Shown: positions 58,901 to 63,386 of the stretch, piece by piece
How positions within the stretch are numbered: the first letter of the stretch is position 1
Layout: the number at the start of each line of letters is the position of its first letter
IMG/VR virus record: IMGVR_UViG_3300035510_000283
Span: 2,544 to 66,543 of that record
Reading direction: 5' to 3' (one strand)
Length of the DNA: 64,000 nt
From: a virus
Taxonomy: Duplodnaviria > Caudoviricetes
The notes under the pieces: generated by a model
What the model was told of the DNA's origin: nothing
What the model saw: the letters and a program-made list of their open reading frames with translations, nothing else
Database searches by the model: none
Made by a program: the position numbers and the translations under genes

Positions 58901-58946
58901 TCTTGCCGTCAATAGTAAATTCATATTTATAATCTTTCTCTGCCAT
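40971..58946 (-). CDS. Giant polyvalent (DarB/LPD-type) virion or ejection protein, 5991 aa
   Basis: Uninterrupted 17,976-bp ORF with recognisable InPase-like, ART-like (YHGT), zincin (HEIVGH, HELQH), LPD23-like and Barnase/RelE-like segments. Confidence 0.85.
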   Translation of the reverse strand: MAEKDYKYEFTIDGKKHNVSKSNIDKYGWSRYAEDYPNATVRVRDNDKNDYDIPIGRMKEALGRGWHPFTIDATPKPSMQPTTTAAAQTMAAQPATSAKPMMKSQMVTEQDTTTPTGKSANEMRPTTPLQKNTLPPQGDTQQPTKLQAQAAKREGKPDRIVRLRRGGKDFEVLQSEINHNGDLAAWAKTKGAGAPIRVYMRDTEGKLYHVNVSKAMNLIKDGWTVESREDNGHRYTPTSSQTADLSKTFKKNIQTQQQLNAAADRAENMRQYQELSHGRDRAVSTGLKYDAASGQVKREYLTASGERTFSREAAEAENRAFHQGDAAMKAKADAAIDQAWNKAVKADANPTQTYATSHGDLVNSLISSAEHNKNFDMDRLTNEAYHAMPQEYRDNTIAQYTQYFEENPDECNGMSPYAAAVTAMKGEIYKDMYNRAVKANVPKNKLEYFAAKMMENYGWVLDAAARGMSGSSGDQLAREQALSEYGSKHRWLATTASIASMATDPMLWATGGLGGAATRGMINFMGKRTLQEATKSAAARYAMSRVGSRMFASAVGGAANLGAYDAAKNIETQISHGGVLKDDGTIGSYSVGDALSKSMHGVVLGGVTGALAPLWGNATDAVVDGIGSTTGKVATRAAAAAGSGLLDGTIFATADYLTLSSDEKKKTSFGDVWGDNIIFMLGLKTQGAIKSAGHVVKELVQRGEPLSTVIRRNAQSVPQVRLSKDDIAELDEHGYSDLSELFKFDKDASAHVKDGRLTGYAEMQKLMEDTEVSQAVRAKAYYIATGGHMLSPGTIAKCTTTSSDNGKKWTVQSRTADNEVVTSREFATEDEARAEEAKVKHQVELNSINVGEQKFNQRNAYDASKKAIADLAKEVNVDEEKLSGDIKDIQMAQAGNLDVELSKSRLLDRYNEILSRYSDEATNQRNEISKKYGIDLNETIAKNEGERSDVEKEALYEYMNVLYPERETVQKANEQAEASYNEGAEAHKAYEQGDTSAAEQMAANAANMRECIERVKADLGERALSEIDEDPIGYLTYPDLNDAQRQTVLDYINARQRVEGFVDASNESIENKRKQMQEAFVKRTNPQSGMLEPAKLTLNDRDVYVIDGKIERTEDGTVDVDASDNTIVVVDGKTNEVEVISPSEIKEMSEPIDPREMQEGAEQQLSLEQEQIASIINAAAETEDVEEDAVRVDEDAVRVDEDAVRVDEEATNTNTNTNKSEQSEEYQNWYNTAIADAENRSDEELAAIIKSYEEEEDNLTDTGKGWLAGCKDALARRQRGAEPQAETPTESQAEANTEAASEPATESANQAASESANQAASETAFEFGDTFRLPIDGQDNDQIASVLDVSGNDVTVWTPSPINENSKPSSTRSGYNTTIPAETLDTMFTRDDKGNIVDYVPANPRPQPTEQPPTQADAEAPAVDAESARASEESALAESAPSTSYYEQVPKDENGKAIWTDAEPTTAYDAVVEKLRGNEDKAKLFIEKQEAAARKKMNDAKRTLDKLDPDTDDIDQFDAAIQAAEQEYATAQAIAQKWRAIMNVPTERKEQAEANRREEIHRKALEQAEAEKAYAAQREAERQAQAQAAEQARQAAIAEAEAKAAEAAKPENQEKEQALTTFDESFNAEKDALLNSESRRAVKARRDTEDRLKGPAQFGKAMDKWEHAPASLEEWLLRRLAANSKDMKTKWSGDKGMAAQVFGSDKAGERADMGWIVSDANGMNFDEFTHMLYEELQGDAGNVEFNADRINDVDVRNAVIEILRRTPRSKDMFDAAAEIYRAREDELDEDVQAARELDNNYGEMQHDWYMQRYNMGKEDYDAHVEETYNTYKSLSDADIKAIDDQINEELSNGQQSNDTATAVSEGVQGGDDLLSEQQSNQPQGDRNSQGAGYAQTDSRGNNQSQAAQTGTSFGDQGELANNKIVERRKKIESNLGKKYTISTESALNGERFYANESGSTSLASIPDEIFERIGLTPVPFKLTESMAWHVYDAHAKETKMSNLDDAIDFVLSIINNVDHVRLGRDNSYIFSIENGKNKVGRRAITIVVNGDTGEFIGIRTSGYESLKGLKERPLLWERGAHVVPEDVATPTVPTINAQQGDEQLSRTGSQSKSSSSVSKGNTLLQEKQGVSEKSSQKNAEQEQINDEIATAETDKVLGNDRLTEIRDKALNEKGNGITVFEETEDANGNKGIRIGNKQGHTVYWLDDVTGEKGAAELDDAHKQLAKYERDHDNNERLSKVKDENDFWEYLKSIGEADDKRGVQGYDIKEWVKQANAALSHERELRDVVIPMIEALNNRAAETPSVQSAVKAAEAEVNTEPTQAQKEAGNYKKGHVKVDGHDITIENPKGSTRRGVDADGNEWESTMNNTYGYIRGTEGVDGDHIDVFLSDNPEHGDVYVVDQVNPKTGEFDEHKVMYGFENEEAARQAYLSNYSEGWQGLGAITRVSKAEFKKWIDSSHRKTKPFAEYASVKQHAAEDKGEQLSLFDNAEKAESTAAESEQVQPEAKAETETKQQPDFDSMDDAYDYGKRYYNQTRKEFAHTTKDYREKVSHRPTEWIEAEIERLAPHRNEEHEDFGFKSGDIYNDENSIPTKADTEQYERQRVEANVYLPILQDEIARRHNETLIEKAKRVAKEPVMPKKETKLNLFNYTGKEKDGDRKQTQGVFYTKGRAVATDTRILVEKKADYPAEFEGSIRTKKGEKIDGKFPDHTRVFNAFDKHATEEFDAEEFRRNVARALEAKKAMGKEHVVVVEVGTGRGTTLMDTTLAKAILDVYDTAGDGAKMQIKYKDGTHAIMVKGKDTRAIALGMGEEVHKQGYVVRDGIVMRPTERDINVDRINSQLESGTLKPHEVRALEYEKSLAENPVYTAPELPEPTNAQEARYDLEKEHRGINRNNAEREQAYDDYVEQWGKPQDVVDAEDAVGKMVNEKINGYYNAFIDGDKGKELEQRAQSMTEAELQQELDKLSDAPDSVDKYLQDNEATYRKSEGINQLLGRTGGYADGLYSWTLSEVADAIAKKRIYSDALAAKQRDVKPIGKGAFGDIYDQFKGKVKEAFAFLTNNKAGDLLSVFHRKEVGDIDLVWGDKSGGLEHIVDKHVGSGKDFANIEEAQNVIEDVINNGNVIKDRWDKMTIEKDGMRVVIRKNTRDKETGKIIDENKNWVVTSFDNNVPKSKKGSATLATAGQTENPDGSRAVEPNLSADKGTTNSADKQANSENNLEFRTGDDENGYNPRATISPIRGEWTKDKIIRRLKDMVGSRKGVTWAAKLISEFSSPKELAEHMFYHGTAYGGGSLKPSILMSDREVERTGGGGYGQKYWGVSLSSSKRIASRFSGTSSHVRIMPVILAKNAKVIERPDLSDAAELDDIITDLWKDGVDAVWIGDRTSDHSEQELCVINPNAIVNIDRADGYSVFGLGGKNNPLRIIDEKGIEELYNNAKKYLDVLKSQPKAPIPPSAYNEDGTAKDDAVYEKERAEYRQKMEEYKSSEERKAWEAERDKAAQPIRFRTAEEGVEYENARLVQPWSEQLDRLRFKRDELGHPLSLHERSTLRDLASQEKAWEQQWKAEHTNTRNPKGDLSEDYYYDNAYGHGGATAEINKTKKSVGSIYNEDGSLISARAKEIGESAMDIIDRRRQELLEDREYYDAKGQRAIDQELAELDYMKLYYKRMADGEDVANTMPDRVTHLKMVATANEFAKRLGEKVVVYEAPGDIHDSNMEQLYKKRRAKGWYNPNTGEIHVNIATHRNVEDVARTIMHEIVGHKDLEQIMGEERFNKFVDEVWEHAGEKTKNGIASLMRKNAWDYRKATREYIAGLAETVHEKGYDKLETEQKSVWNKLKTKVEEFLNRIFADMKIPKRIKLTDDDLSYMLWKLYQHQVRKAEGKSVEGDFFDRANDEVRRQQWERNADSMPLVARDQSQEYRFIGERGAEQLDKSEEATTRMDNLGVARDMEKTGKDARAIKLATGWERGADGKWRYETPDFKKFDRNGNLHPERFELTKEERDELRASFKESIEAFRKGSEIFEKSGGEVTEDTDMADIYIAGGMDPEKAHRIAELETKEAELSDQPKHLDDFVDDDELFEAYPELRNMEVKIGTDNLRGSLAYYDPEANIIVLNHKAEDVLAHELQHAIQAQEGFARGGSAREFKDQRADVIRRLNFLTDGHLLEDDTVISDSRSLAAALDKSMNMKVPGYEHYRIRDAYSDVLQRLAKRYGYGDIDGLVADLENIPSAFDQYRRLGGEVESRNVEKRMSMSDEERRSSLASETEDVAREDQILLESMLGGVSEMGSRVPKRMREIKETLKDAELDDNQRAVVDAFSGDKDNTRLTVEREDGKHTVIMRQGSEGGAGTKHSIYRHYGTGVGVIRAEDLKLIPEVLTNGERVEKERRGANLYEYTLVKDGVRYTVVTERKKGVEEFNDFYTNKKVQSSGTSRRAQSDTNTPEGAHTDKELDFDGTKVQNNSDTQATSEEKNSVPEYRPREKEAPKRTIKVYKLMRLGKDGKLYPLFIDSSVPTELGRWYDADSPDLSMLRDKAPGTYLVNPSTGEVMTREQFNAEHADMATSTKYPNVDAINYASDNGLRWMVIEQTEKAQRRFDGENRKYWNLGINGSGSVSTFSLRPGWHAGSLPTMRQIGKGKEKNLRDNSFVWVEGEVSADVDYNAEAERNPDRDLPDRIPEDGYYIKATNADKGKSQADRVGWYVAGAFKANRIIGDAEARQVIDKFNSEHPDMTPVEYDWARESGRDFDPEQGLEFRDADEQNERDKEEMRSMDMQEKTLKIATMLSERHKDDIAVKDAALQAIGNTLSDIRKAMTAQQELDYNTVKSLRNVANVLMESADFCPEGREEVKRLTAILQKGLGHNYTDKQKVQHHAQTDKDFADAVNSLMDLFVDNQLRLSERFFDKMLKVRGDKVNAKGVAVAGKLDPQGQVMVRAFKDYMNVKEDGEIAERISTLEERLAGDDDNVAIMAAAEHRGLVLAQKYRNDVRARESDETAIRNAIGDLTAKWDKNMNGEARRAYIEQKAALYESIRKAKIERAEALRNLASLIGTEMSESIDRLNEYRQREKQRINDIHHCANSDMSGRPYNEFGQKRSVRTVLSNGILTRIFFAPTATFEQMMRVLGSKSINGEGYLKRRFVDGWQECRDKEWTETQKTEGILNAKAAQILGKRKSRWSDLYDLSNKKAGHISWWDGGEMRNHNVTQGNLMYMYMVNKMEDGRVKLRAMGITDENIINVEDKLDPRLKAAADWLQGELLPALRHKYNEVHMRMFGAPMDEIENYFPLKILGESRQEQTQIEAGLDPEGRELPKIMTGAIIRRKFNTSMLDIPGSDAISVALDHVREMENWAAFAEYRRDLGTLLSYKRFRNQIKNMSTVYGSGKKLWAKFYNLSMLVGGAYKPKVNEFDKALVNTTKLVTASCIAFRFNTALKQLLSYPAFLAEANVARLLYNTAPKRQRECWKWAMENMPSFQRRWQSRQAGNEVLRSTEHDWKWTNTEFMQRLQRGGMSANAFIDALTVSMGSEAVYTCKYKEYIKDGFTPEQAHKQAIMDAEQIFNLSQQSSELPYLSLMQNDRSYMTACFTAFRNSPMSYLRQSIQSKRELYNSLTNREEQIAYEIKKGVRMGLTEEQAERRANRLFNRNLGRNVVKSATFDFILPALWSYGLTGAWYAIFGKDKDKKKEQAEDALKRGFLGPLEGFTGGGTIPDVIYSAIQGTRPYFDTDMSPAASLLEDEITSIVNRKYYEAAHTGVQTLAAYTLGINPQVFEDWIVAGLDYFGADDKSMRDLAILGMRILSCPQSQIDQVYFDELGMDAREAQRKSPEELAERYAIYKARRANFTTLLAMSKDKWASELDRFNTRFNKEAKVRISKLTDSAISDSFDKYEEEYKQFGQRLREIDSNDMINRAAKAQELFRTPEGQRYMLYQGLHGKLDKMIKSWTSAPTPELAAANAADIVNYKSAAVRMLNSYKDKQKAREAQKELIKIVSEWEKRNNNQ

Positions 58947-58962
58947 GTTATGTCAGTTTTTG

Positions 58963-59976
58963 TTAGTCCAGAGGTGCGGGCTGGCGAGAGTCGCCATCTC
59001 TGCGATACGTCTCTAGATCATTGTTATTGCCGGCATTATTCTTCCCGGTATAGGGAGCACGATTTTTGGTCGTTGTGGTTGTAACGTTGTGTGCGTTGCC
59101 GTATCTATCAAATACTACACCGTCCTTTGTCGTCGTCTCTGTGTAGTAATTGTTGTGGCCGCTGCCGCCACGTCCGCTGCCGCCGGTTGAACGTCTGTTG
59201 TTGTATGCTGCTTGCGAGTTAAGCGCATTTATGCGAGCTTCTGTCAAGCGAGCTTTGTACTCCTCTTCTGCTTGTTTGGCGAGCGCTGCTTGCTCTTGGT
59301 CTGTTATTTTTCCGCTTAGGTATTTCTCTTTGAGGTCTGCAAGCTTCGCGGCATTGTCGGCCTTGGCTTGCTCAATCTGGTCAAGCATATCCTGTCGCGC
59401 TCTGGTGTACTGCGTCTGCTCCTGATTGTCCTTGATGCGAGCAATCTGCATAGCGTAGTTGAGATGTCGGTCAGCATTCTCGCGGTAGTCTTGCATCATC
59501 TTGTCATGCTTTGCCTGAGCCTTGTCAGCGAGGCTATTCTCTTGCTTGTAAGCACTCGGTGCATATCCGGTTGTAGCAAACAAGTTGGCAAGCGCAGAGA
59601 CAGTGTCACCTATTGCACCAACTGTCTTTTCTGTCTTATAGCGACGGCGTTCTTTCTCAAGCTCTTCCTTTGTGGGTAGATTGATTGCACTATCAGCCTG
59701 CTCCAGCCAAGACAACACACCGCCCCAGTTGCCCCACGGAGCGCCAATCTGCGTGGGTTGAGGTTTGTCAATGGTGCTGCCGGCACTCAAGTTTACACTC
59801 TTTACTCTGTTGGTGAGAACGTTGTTATTGTTATTGCCACTATCGTTGTTGCCGGCATTGGTGTCATTGTCGTTGCCATTGTCATTGTTGTTGGGCAGTG
59901 GTGGAACACTACCTGCACCGGCCAAGTTACTATCGTAGGGCGCGGTGGGTGAGAAATCTTTCTTTTCGTATGCCAT
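58963..59976 (-). CDS. Putative ejection / internal virion protein
   Basis: Asn/Gly-rich and coiled-coil; lies between the small pilot-like gene and the giant gene. Confidence 0.5.
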   Translation of the reverse strand: MAYEKKDFSPTAPYDSNLAGAGSVPPLPNNNDNGNDNDTNAGNNDSGNNNNNVLTNRVKSVNLSAGSTIDKPQPTQIGAPWGNWGGVLSWLEQADSAINLPTKEELEKERRRYKTEKTVGAIGDTVSALANLFATTGYAPSAYKQENSLADKAQAKHDKMMQDYRENADRHLNYAMQIARIKDNQEQTQYTRARQDMLDQIEQAKADNAAKLADLKEKYLSGKITDQEQAALAKQAEEEYKARLTEARINALNSQAAYNNRRSTGGSGRGGSGHNNYYTETTTKDGVVFDRYGNAHNVTTTTTKNRAPYTGKNNAGNNNDLETYRRDGDSRQPAPLD

Positions 59977-59988
59977 AATGCTCGATGT

Positions 59989-60468
59989 TTAGAATGGGAG
60001 ACCTCCGGCGGCGGATGCAACTCCGGCGGCTGCTTGCTGTATGTTGTTAGCTTTCTGCTGCTCAAGTTCGTTGAGTTGATTGTTCAGCGATGTCTTGTTG
60101 CTTTGGTAGGTGCTCTCAATGTTGTCTTTGCGAGCTTCACCTGCTACGTCAATTTGCGATGCAGCATTAGCGAGAGCTTCGTTGTTGGCTTGACGCGATG
60201 CAGCAAGGCTCTCATCAGTGCCGCCGCCTACGGCTTGCGCACCCGCGGCTTGCTTGTTGCGCTGACGTATGTTCTCTTGGGTTGTGGTGAGAATGCGTTG
60301 CGCGTCGGCACGCTGCGTGGCATCCTCGTTGTAACGACGGTTATACCACGACTCATTGTCTTTCTGCTGTTGCTCCAGGTTGGCCTTGACTTTCTTCATG
60401 GCCTTTGAAGCTGCGATGCCGCCGAATATAGAAGCTGCACCACCTATTGCTGTACCTATTAGTCCCAT
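59989..60468 (-). CDS. Putative DNA ejection (pilot) protein
   Basis: MGLIGTAIGGAASIFGGIAA Gly/Ala-rich N-terminus and Gln-rich coiled coil, like P22 gp7-type proteins. Confidence 0.6.
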   Translation of the reverse strand: MGLIGTAIGGAASIFGGIAASKAMKKVKANLEQQQKDNESWYNRRYNEDATQRADAQRILTTTQENIRQRNKQAAGAQAVGGGTDESLAASRQANNEALANAASQIDVAGEARKDNIESTYQSNKTSLNNQLNELEQQKANNIQQAAAGVASAAGGLPF

Positions 60469-60503
60469 GGGAGATATATAATTTGGAAGTTAAAATTTAT
60501 ATG

Positions 60504-60525
60504 CAAAAATACAATCGTATCTTTG
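60504..60525. promoter_or_regulatory. Back-to-back divergent TAnnTTTG promoters
   Basis: TATTTTTG (minus strand, 60511-60504) and TATCTTTG (plus strand, 60518-60525). Confidence 0.6.
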
Positions 60526-60551
60526 TAATTAGATTTTAAGTATTGACGCAC

Positions 60552-60857
60552 ATGAAAGGTAAAAAGACAGGTGGTCGCCAAAAAGGCACACCCAATCGTG
60601 ATAACCCCATTCGTGGGTATCTGCTCAAGCACTCTATCAAGTATTTTCAACCAAACGAAAATAACCCCGATGGCATAAGTGACTTTGAAATGGATTTACT
60701 CCAGATGTCTGCCGAGGATAGGGTGACAGCAGAAATAAAAATACTCAAGCATCACACATCCGAGCTTAAGAGTGTTGACGTTGACGCTACGCTCACTGAC
60801 CACGTTCAGACCATTGACGAACGTCTTGCAGAGCTTGCCGGAGAAGATGATGTTTGA
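60552..60857 (+). CDS. Terminase small subunit-like protein
   Basis: KGKKTGGRQKGTPN N-terminal motif common in small terminase-like proteins. Confidence 0.55.
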   Translation: MKGKKTGGRQKGTPNRDNPIRGYLLKHSIKYFQPNENNPDGISDFEMDLLQMSAEDRVTAEIKILKHHTSELKSVDVDATLTDHVQTIDERLAELAGEDDV

Positions 60858-61147
60858 GCGGACAGACTAGTATATCTAATTTGTCTAACTTAGATTTGCA
60901 TTTTTATAACCATATCGTTAGGATTTAGATTTTAGAATTTGCACACTGCATGTGAATGTGGTGTGCATTTTTTGCATACGTCGTTGTGGTTTGGGCGGTC
61001 AAAAACAGCAGAATGTGCCATTGGAAAAATCGGCAGAAACATTGGTGTATATTTCTTTTGTTATAAAATGGCTTAAAAGTTAAGCAATGCAAACGGATAT
61101 AAAATAACTAATATTTATGTTACCAATAATTAACTCGTACAAAACTC

Positions 61148-61348
61148 GAGTTTCCTCCGAGGAAACTCCCATTTCCTCGGAGGAAACCCCATAAAACAAC
61201 ATGTTTTGCATGAATTTCATGCTTTTTGTGCATCTTTGTGTTGAGTTTCCTCGGAGGAAACTCCGGGGTTTTGTACGAGGAAACTCATTTCCTCCGAGGA
61301 AACTCAAGTTTTGTACGAGGAAACCCCAATTAACTCGGAGGAAACTCT
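61148..61348. repeat. Cluster of palindromic GAGTTTCCTC(C/G)GAGGAAACTC iteron-like repeats followed by a very AT-rich tract
   Basis: Full 21-bp palindromes at 61148 and 61243, shorter ones near 61172 and 61288, and half-sites near 61272, 61313 and 61334; AT-rich 61400-61530. Confidence 0.75.
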
Positions 61349-61558
61349 TGATTTTTCTGTTAACGAAAGCAAAATTCCTCTCCCCCCACACCCCCCTATA
61401 TATAGCTTAATATAATATATAATTATATATATAATAATTAAAATATAAATATAATAATATTATTATTTTTGTTGTTGTTATTGTTTATATAAAAGAAAAA
61501 ATATAAAAAGAAAATTTTTTTTGATTTTTGAAATGAAACGGCGTTAACAAAAGCAAAA

Positions 61559-61592
61559 ACCGACTTCTCGAGAAAACTCTCTAAAAGTCGGT
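61559..61592 (-). terminator. Intrinsic terminator for int2
   Basis: ACCGACTT/AAGTCGGT stem followed by TTTTGCTTTT on the minus strand. Confidence 0.6.
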
Positions 61593-61640
61593 AGAAAAAA
61601 ATTTTAAGGGGAAAAAGGGGGCGGCGGCGCGGCCAAAAAT

Positions 61641-63128
61641 TTAGATGCCTTTGCCCTTCATCCGCTCGTAGATTTGAGTGAGGCCTTTGTCAACAATCTC
61701 AATCTTGAATTGCACCATTGAACGTTCGGGCACATCATCAGGGACAGAAGGGGCGAGAGCTCTTATCACTTCGTCAATGTTGTTGAAACCTGTATCGTGG
61801 ACTTCGCCAAGCATCTTGCCTCGGAAATAAGCTGCAGCTGCAATCATGTGTTTGGCCGAAAAACGGAACAGCCTGCTTTCAGGATCTGCGGGCAGCATTG
61901 TTTGAGTTTCATCCTCGCGGAAGAATATATAATCAACAACTTTCTCGTTGAGCTGCCACGCCGGTGAGAAATCAATCTTGACATAGCCGCGAGTTACTCG
62001 CGTTGAGCGTTGGCTGTGGTTCAGTGCAAAGCCTACCTCTTCAAGCGTAGCTCCACAATCGTTCTGAGCAACCGTAGCCCAAGTATGACGCCATGTGTAA
62101 ACGCAGTATCTGTCTTTGCCATGTATGCCCAGAGTGTCGCATATCTGTTTAATGCCAAAGTTAACGTTAGAGCCGAAGGAGTCTGACGTGTGATAACGCT
62201 TGTGGAATGAGAATAGAAATTCGTCATCGTCTGCTGTCTTGTACTTCTCAAAGATTGGGTAGAGCAGTGGTGGCACTCGCATTTCTATGTAGGCATTATC
62301 TGCACGTGCCTTTCTAGTCTTTGCACGTTGGTAGTGGATAATGCCGTCATGGTAGTCCGACTTCTTGAGGTTGAAGATGTCAATGGTGTTTATGCCCGCC
62401 AGGCACAGCACCATCATCGCCAAGTCTCGCCCAAGTTCCGGGAGCGGTTCTTTGAGCTTCGACTCAGGCAACGGCGCAGAGAAGAATGCCCGCGCTTGCT
62501 GCGCGGTGATTGCTATCTTCTGCGGTGTGTCTGCCGAGGGTATCTTCACCTTTGGCCACGGATTGGTTTTTATGCGAAGCACTCCTTTGTCGTAGTCGTT
62601 GTACTCGTTCATCGCAGTCTTAAACACCTGTCGCATGCAAATGGGGTAGTGCTCCTTTGCACGTCGTGTCTGTGACAGCGACTCAATCCATTCGTTGACA
62701 AACGTTGATGTCATTGCAGAAAACATAACCGACTTTGTGCCGGCAAACCGCTCAAGGTGGTTTAATGCGTTCTCGTACGTCTGAGAGTTGCGCTCTTGCC
62801 CGCGCTGAAACATCTTGTGGATGTAAGAGCGTGCATACTGCGAGAATGATATGTCACTTTCGCCTGTCTGCAGAAAGCGCACAACATCGCGCACACTCCA
62901 GTGGTCGATGTCTTGACGGTTCAGCTGCTCAACATAGCCAATGATTTTGGCTGTGCAATATTGCAGCACATAGGGGTCTTCTATCTCGCCTGTGCGAGAC
63001 AGTCCCTTATCAGTTACAAACTTGTCGGTTGGCATGTACGCCAACTTCGCTCTTTGGGTGACACGAATGTACACCGGATAAAATCCATCCTTACGTTTGG
63101 ATTTTACAATAGCTTTAAATGTTGCCAT
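61641..63128 (-). CDS. int: Prophage tyrosine integrase (int2), full length
   Basis: MATFKAIVK start at 63128, motifs CLAGINTIDI, YTWRHTWAT, ALNHS and RGYVKIDF, plus a C-terminal extension of about 85 aa. Confidence 0.9.
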   Translation of the reverse strand: MATFKAIVKSKRKDGFYPVYIRVTQRAKLAYMPTDKFVTDKGLSRTGEIEDPYVLQYCTAKIIGYVEQLNRQDIDHWSVRDVVRFLQTGESDISFSQYARSYIHKMFQRGQERNSQTYENALNHLERFAGTKSVMFSAMTSTFVNEWIESLSQTRRAKEHYPICMRQVFKTAMNEYNDYDKGVLRIKTNPWPKVKIPSADTPQKIAITAQQARAFFSAPLPESKLKEPLPELGRDLAMMVLCLAGINTIDIFNLKKSDYHDGIIHYQRAKTRKARADNAYIEMRVPPLLYPIFEKYKTADDDEFLFSFHKRYHTSDSFGSNVNFGIKQICDTLGIHGKDRYCVYTWRHTWATVAQNDCGATLEEVGFALNHSQRSTRVTRGYVKIDFSPAWQLNEKVVDYIFFREDETQTMLPADPESRLFRFSAKHMIAAAAYFRGKMLGEVHDTGFNNIDEVIRALAPSVPDDVPERSMVQFKIEIVDKGLTQIYERMKGKGI

Positions 63129-63320
63129 GTTCCAATTTGATTTAGCGTTTACGGTTCGTAGCCTATCCATGTTTAGGGGTAACTTGTTTATTGACTGACT
63201 ATTCCGTTGGAAAATCAACTGGGAAATGTCGGGAAATAGCGCTATTGAAATCGGGAAAATTCTGGGAAATTATCCCGCATGTACTGCACGAAAGTCATGT
63301 TTTTTCGTGCTGATTTTTTA

Positions 63321-63356
63321 AGATGATAGGCCCTCATTATCAAGAGCCTATCATCT
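63321..63356. repeat. 11-bp inverted repeat with 14-nt spacer beside the right att core
   Basis: AGATGATAGGC / GCCTATCATCT. Confidence 0.75.
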
Positions 63357-63386
63357 AACTATCTGATAATTAGCATTTTATTGCTC

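Noticed and set aside
41132-59084. Many 60-330-aa ORFs on the + strand or in other frames over the giant gene
   Set aside because: Shadow ORFs of a long coding sequence, without motifs or start signals.
61080-61410. ORFs 61080-61391 (-) and 61201-61410 (+)
   Set aside because: Both are readings of the palindromic repeat cluster with no recognisable domain, so the region is treated as noncoding.
63129-63218. Extended int2 N-terminus from the ORF track
   Set aside because: Homology with int1 begins at MATFKA (63128).
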